This document shows, one piece after another, positions 62,148-64,000 of a DNA stretch of 64,000 nt. The notes under the pieces were generated by a model, which was given only the letters and a program-made list of their open reading frames with translations, was not told the DNA's origin and searched no databases. The translations under genes and the position numbers were made by a program. Origin of the DNA: a virus. Lineage: Duplodnaviria > Caudoviricetes. Each line of letters starts with the position of its first letter. The stretch's first letter is position 1. The DNA lies in IMG/VR virus record IMGVR_UViG_3300023173_000017, positions 3,199 to 67,198 of that record. One strand, given 5' to 3'.

Positions 62148-62389
62148 TAATATTCTCCTATTTCTTCTTCGTTTTCATTGGTATGAAGTCTTACATCTTC
62201 ATATGCTGATCCACCAATATAGGCAGCAGTGACAGCACCCATGAGTCCAAAGGCACTCAGTAGTGCGGTTTCTGCAACAGGATCATTTCTAGCAAACCAC
62301 AATGAATATAGTATGACTAGAGATGAAAATATCATAGATCCAAAAACTGCTCGCCTACGGTACTTCCATGATGGACCGTTATTTTGCAC
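62147..62389 (-). CDS. Two-TM membrane protein (holin-like)
   Basis: Start reassigned to GTG 62389, 6 nt after TGGTATAAT; SWKYRRR then 2 TM, YIGGSAYEDV. Confidence 0.7.
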   Translation of the reverse strand: MQNNGPSWKYRRRAVFGSMIFSSLVILYSLWFARNDPVAETALLSAFGLMGAVTAAYIGGSAYEDVRLHTNENEEEIGEY

Positions 62390-62470
62390 ACAAAAATTAT
62401 ACCAGACTATGACAGTTTTTCGGCGGCGAGAATAACCAAACATGCCCATGTGCAACAAACAATAACTACG

Positions 62471-63199
62471 TTATTGCCACTGCACGGGTTTCCATGAGTT
62501 TTTGAAGATATCTAAGTTAGCCCCTTTTATCCAGGGTAGGGGATATGTTACATTTGATGAATTAAATGCTGCCCACCATGAAAATGTACTATTAGATATA
62601 ACATGATTTTCACATGATGCCATGAGATGGAAATCAAGAAATTCTGATTCGTGAATAACTTCTGAATTTACCCTTGGTAAATTGTCTTTACACCATTTGG
62701 GATCATCAGAAAAGATGACTACCCTGCCTTTTTTAGGCCATGCATCTAAATAATATTCTTTGGAAAGTAAGTTGATACCTCCCCATACCTTTTGATAATC
62801 ACCCCTTCTGACATGTACCGCTGTTGCCCCTTGTATCTTATTGGCATATGGCTTCATTAATGACTTCATAAGATTGGATGGACGAACCCAATCAGACATG
62901 TCATTCTTAGCCAAATTCAAACATTTCCAATCATGCATGTACCCCCGCTGTCTAGGTTGTAGCCAATGACAAAAATTCCTAGAATGCTTCGCATCAGCAA
63001 TCAGAGAAGAGTCATCTGTAAATAAGTTTTGTGGAAATGAGAAATATGGAAAATATTTCCATCTAGGAAATATTACATCATAGTGCATAGGGCTTTCTTC
63101 ATGATATTGAAGCCTAGCAAGACCAACAGTAGATCCTATTTGCCATAGTTGATTTCCTAACCTACCTGATCTACCCAGAGTTGGATAGGTCATATACAT
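62471..63199 (-). CDS. Alpha-1,2-fucosyltransferase-like (GT11)
   Basis: GRLGNQLWQ, AVHVRRGDY, FSDDPKWC, ISNSTFSWWAA. Confidence 0.92.
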   Translation of the reverse strand: MYMTYPTLGRSGRLGNQLWQIGSTVGLARLQYHEESPMHYDVIFPRWKYFPYFSFPQNLFTDDSSLIADAKHSRNFCHWLQPRQRGYMHDWKCLNLAKNDMSDWVRPSNLMKSLMKPYANKIQGATAVHVRRGDYQKVWGGINLLSKEYYLDAWPKKGRVVIFSDDPKWCKDNLPRVNSEVIHESEFLDFHLMASCENHVISNSTFSWWAAFNSSNVTYPLPWIKGANLDIFKNSWKPVQWQ

Positions 63200-63201
63200 A
63201 G

Positions 63202-63319
63202 TTTTATTTTATCAAAGTTTAAAAATTTTTTATATAGCCAATCACTGATTCTTATTTTTTTCTACTGGCTTAAATTTTCTACCCCCGCGATATTCAATTT
63301 TTATTTTATCAAAGTTTAA
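63202..63319 (-). repeat. Two 21-bp direct repeats (63202-63222, 63299-63319), each containing TGATAAAAT on the minus strand
   Basis: ttttattttatcaaagtttaa x2, period 97 bp. Confidence 0.85.
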
Positions 63320-63485
63320 TTTTGTATAAATATGTATGATGCATGTTTTGATATAGTAATCAAATTTTTAAATAGTGAGCACACATATAACATATTTTTT
63401 TACTTGTGTCAAGCCGACACACCGATAAAAAAAATAAAAAAAGTTTTTCAAAATGTCCGTTTTGTGTGCATTCTCAAGTTGCGAA

Positions 63486-63507
63486 TGTCAGACCCCTAGT
63501 GTAGAGT
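63486..63507 (+). promoter_or_regulatory. Putative early promoter TGTCAGACCCCT-N4-TAGAGT
   Basis: Repeated with identical spacing at 63676; precedes SD AGAAAGG. Confidence 0.65.
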
Positions 63508-63540
63508 CGGAGACATAGAAAGAAAGGTTAGGTGGTCACA

Positions 63541-63675
63541 ATGGCTACACGCAAAGCAAACGCAATCGCCCTAGCGGTTGCCAACTACAAGCAAGCGGTA
63601 TCGGACGCATTCGATACCTACTGCTCAGGGTGTCTGAATAGGCATGATCCTCAGGACTGCCCCCATCGGGGGTAG
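63541..63675 (+). CDS. 44-aa protein with CxxC..H....C motif (missed by ORF track)
   Basis: MATRKANAIALAVANYKQAVSDAFDTYCSGCLNRHDPQDCPHRG; promoter and SD upstream. Confidence 0.65.
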   Translation: MATRKANAIALAVANYKQAVSDAFDTYCSGCLNRHDPQDCPHRG

Positions 63676-63697
63676 TGTCAGACCCCTGTGATAGTAT
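63676..63697 (+). promoter_or_regulatory. Putative early promoter TGTCAGACCCCT-N4-TAGTAT
   Basis: Second copy of motif. Confidence 0.65.
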
Positions 63698-63725
63698 CCA
63701 ACTAACCTAGTAGAAAGATAGAAAG

Positions 63726-63983
63726 ATGATTGACTCAGTAAAGCAAATCAAGACCATGCGAGCCATGGAATTGCCCCATACTTTCGATGTTCGCGTGGGT
63801 ACTACCGAATACCCTTTCGAGATTGTCGATTGGGATCTTGACTACATCTATGCAAAGTCAATCAAAGACAATCAAGTTATCAACATTCCCGTTGATGAAA
63901 TGGTTACCGTTCTCGTTCCCGATACCTGGGAAAATGCAGCGGTAGATATCGAATTCGATCTCATGCAGAAGGGTCTAGTCTAA
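63726..63983 (+). CDS. Hypothetical early-region protein
   Basis: ORF after promoter and AGAAAG; TAATG-coupled to a next ORF (MKLTKR) cut by the window end. Confidence 0.7.
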   Translation: MIDSVKQIKTMRAMELPHTFDVRVGTTEYPFEIVDWDLDYIYAKSIKDNQVINIPVDEMVTVLVPDTWENAAVDIEFDLMQKGLV

Positions 63984-64000
63984 TGAAACTAACCAAGCGT

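Noticed and set aside
63200-63540. tRNA or CRISPR array in the large intergenic region
   Set aside because: No cloverleaf seen; only two repeat copies, explained as promoters

Overview
A 64-kb segment of a large tailed dsDNA phage, almost entirely on the minus strand. It is probably a long-tailed siphovirus of an actinobacterial host (inferred from a gene set resembling Streptomyces BE/BK-type and freshwater actinophages, an r1t-type holin and many leaderless-geometry promoters). In transcription order from right to left: a GT11 fucosyltransferase-like gene and holin/membrane genes; a plus-strand thyX-HNH pair; an ~18-kb fibre/adhesin island (41.9-59.9 kb) containing three more glycosyltransferases; class II ribonucleotide reductase; a 1501-aa LamG-like virion protein; portal, protease/scaffold, capsid and neck genes; major tail protein; tail chaperones with a -1 frameshift; a 2450-aa tape measure; tail-tip genes; then the replication module (dnaB, primase, ssb, dnaE, mazG, recA, resolvase-like). 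Plus-strand early-type genes with a repeated promoter motif start at ~63.5 kb. No terminase, endolysin, integrase, tRNA, CRISPR array or reverse transcriptase was recognised. Most notable: (1) a probable virion glycosylation system beside a Thr-rich collagen fibre and Ser/Thr-rich adhesins; (2) a 99-nt multi-stem structured element between ssb and dnaE; (3) a fibre gene frameshifted by a 26-bp tandem duplication next to a relic propeller blade; (4) duplicated fibre cassettes and propeller insertions into a small adaptor fold. All assignments come from reading motifs by eye; no searches were run.
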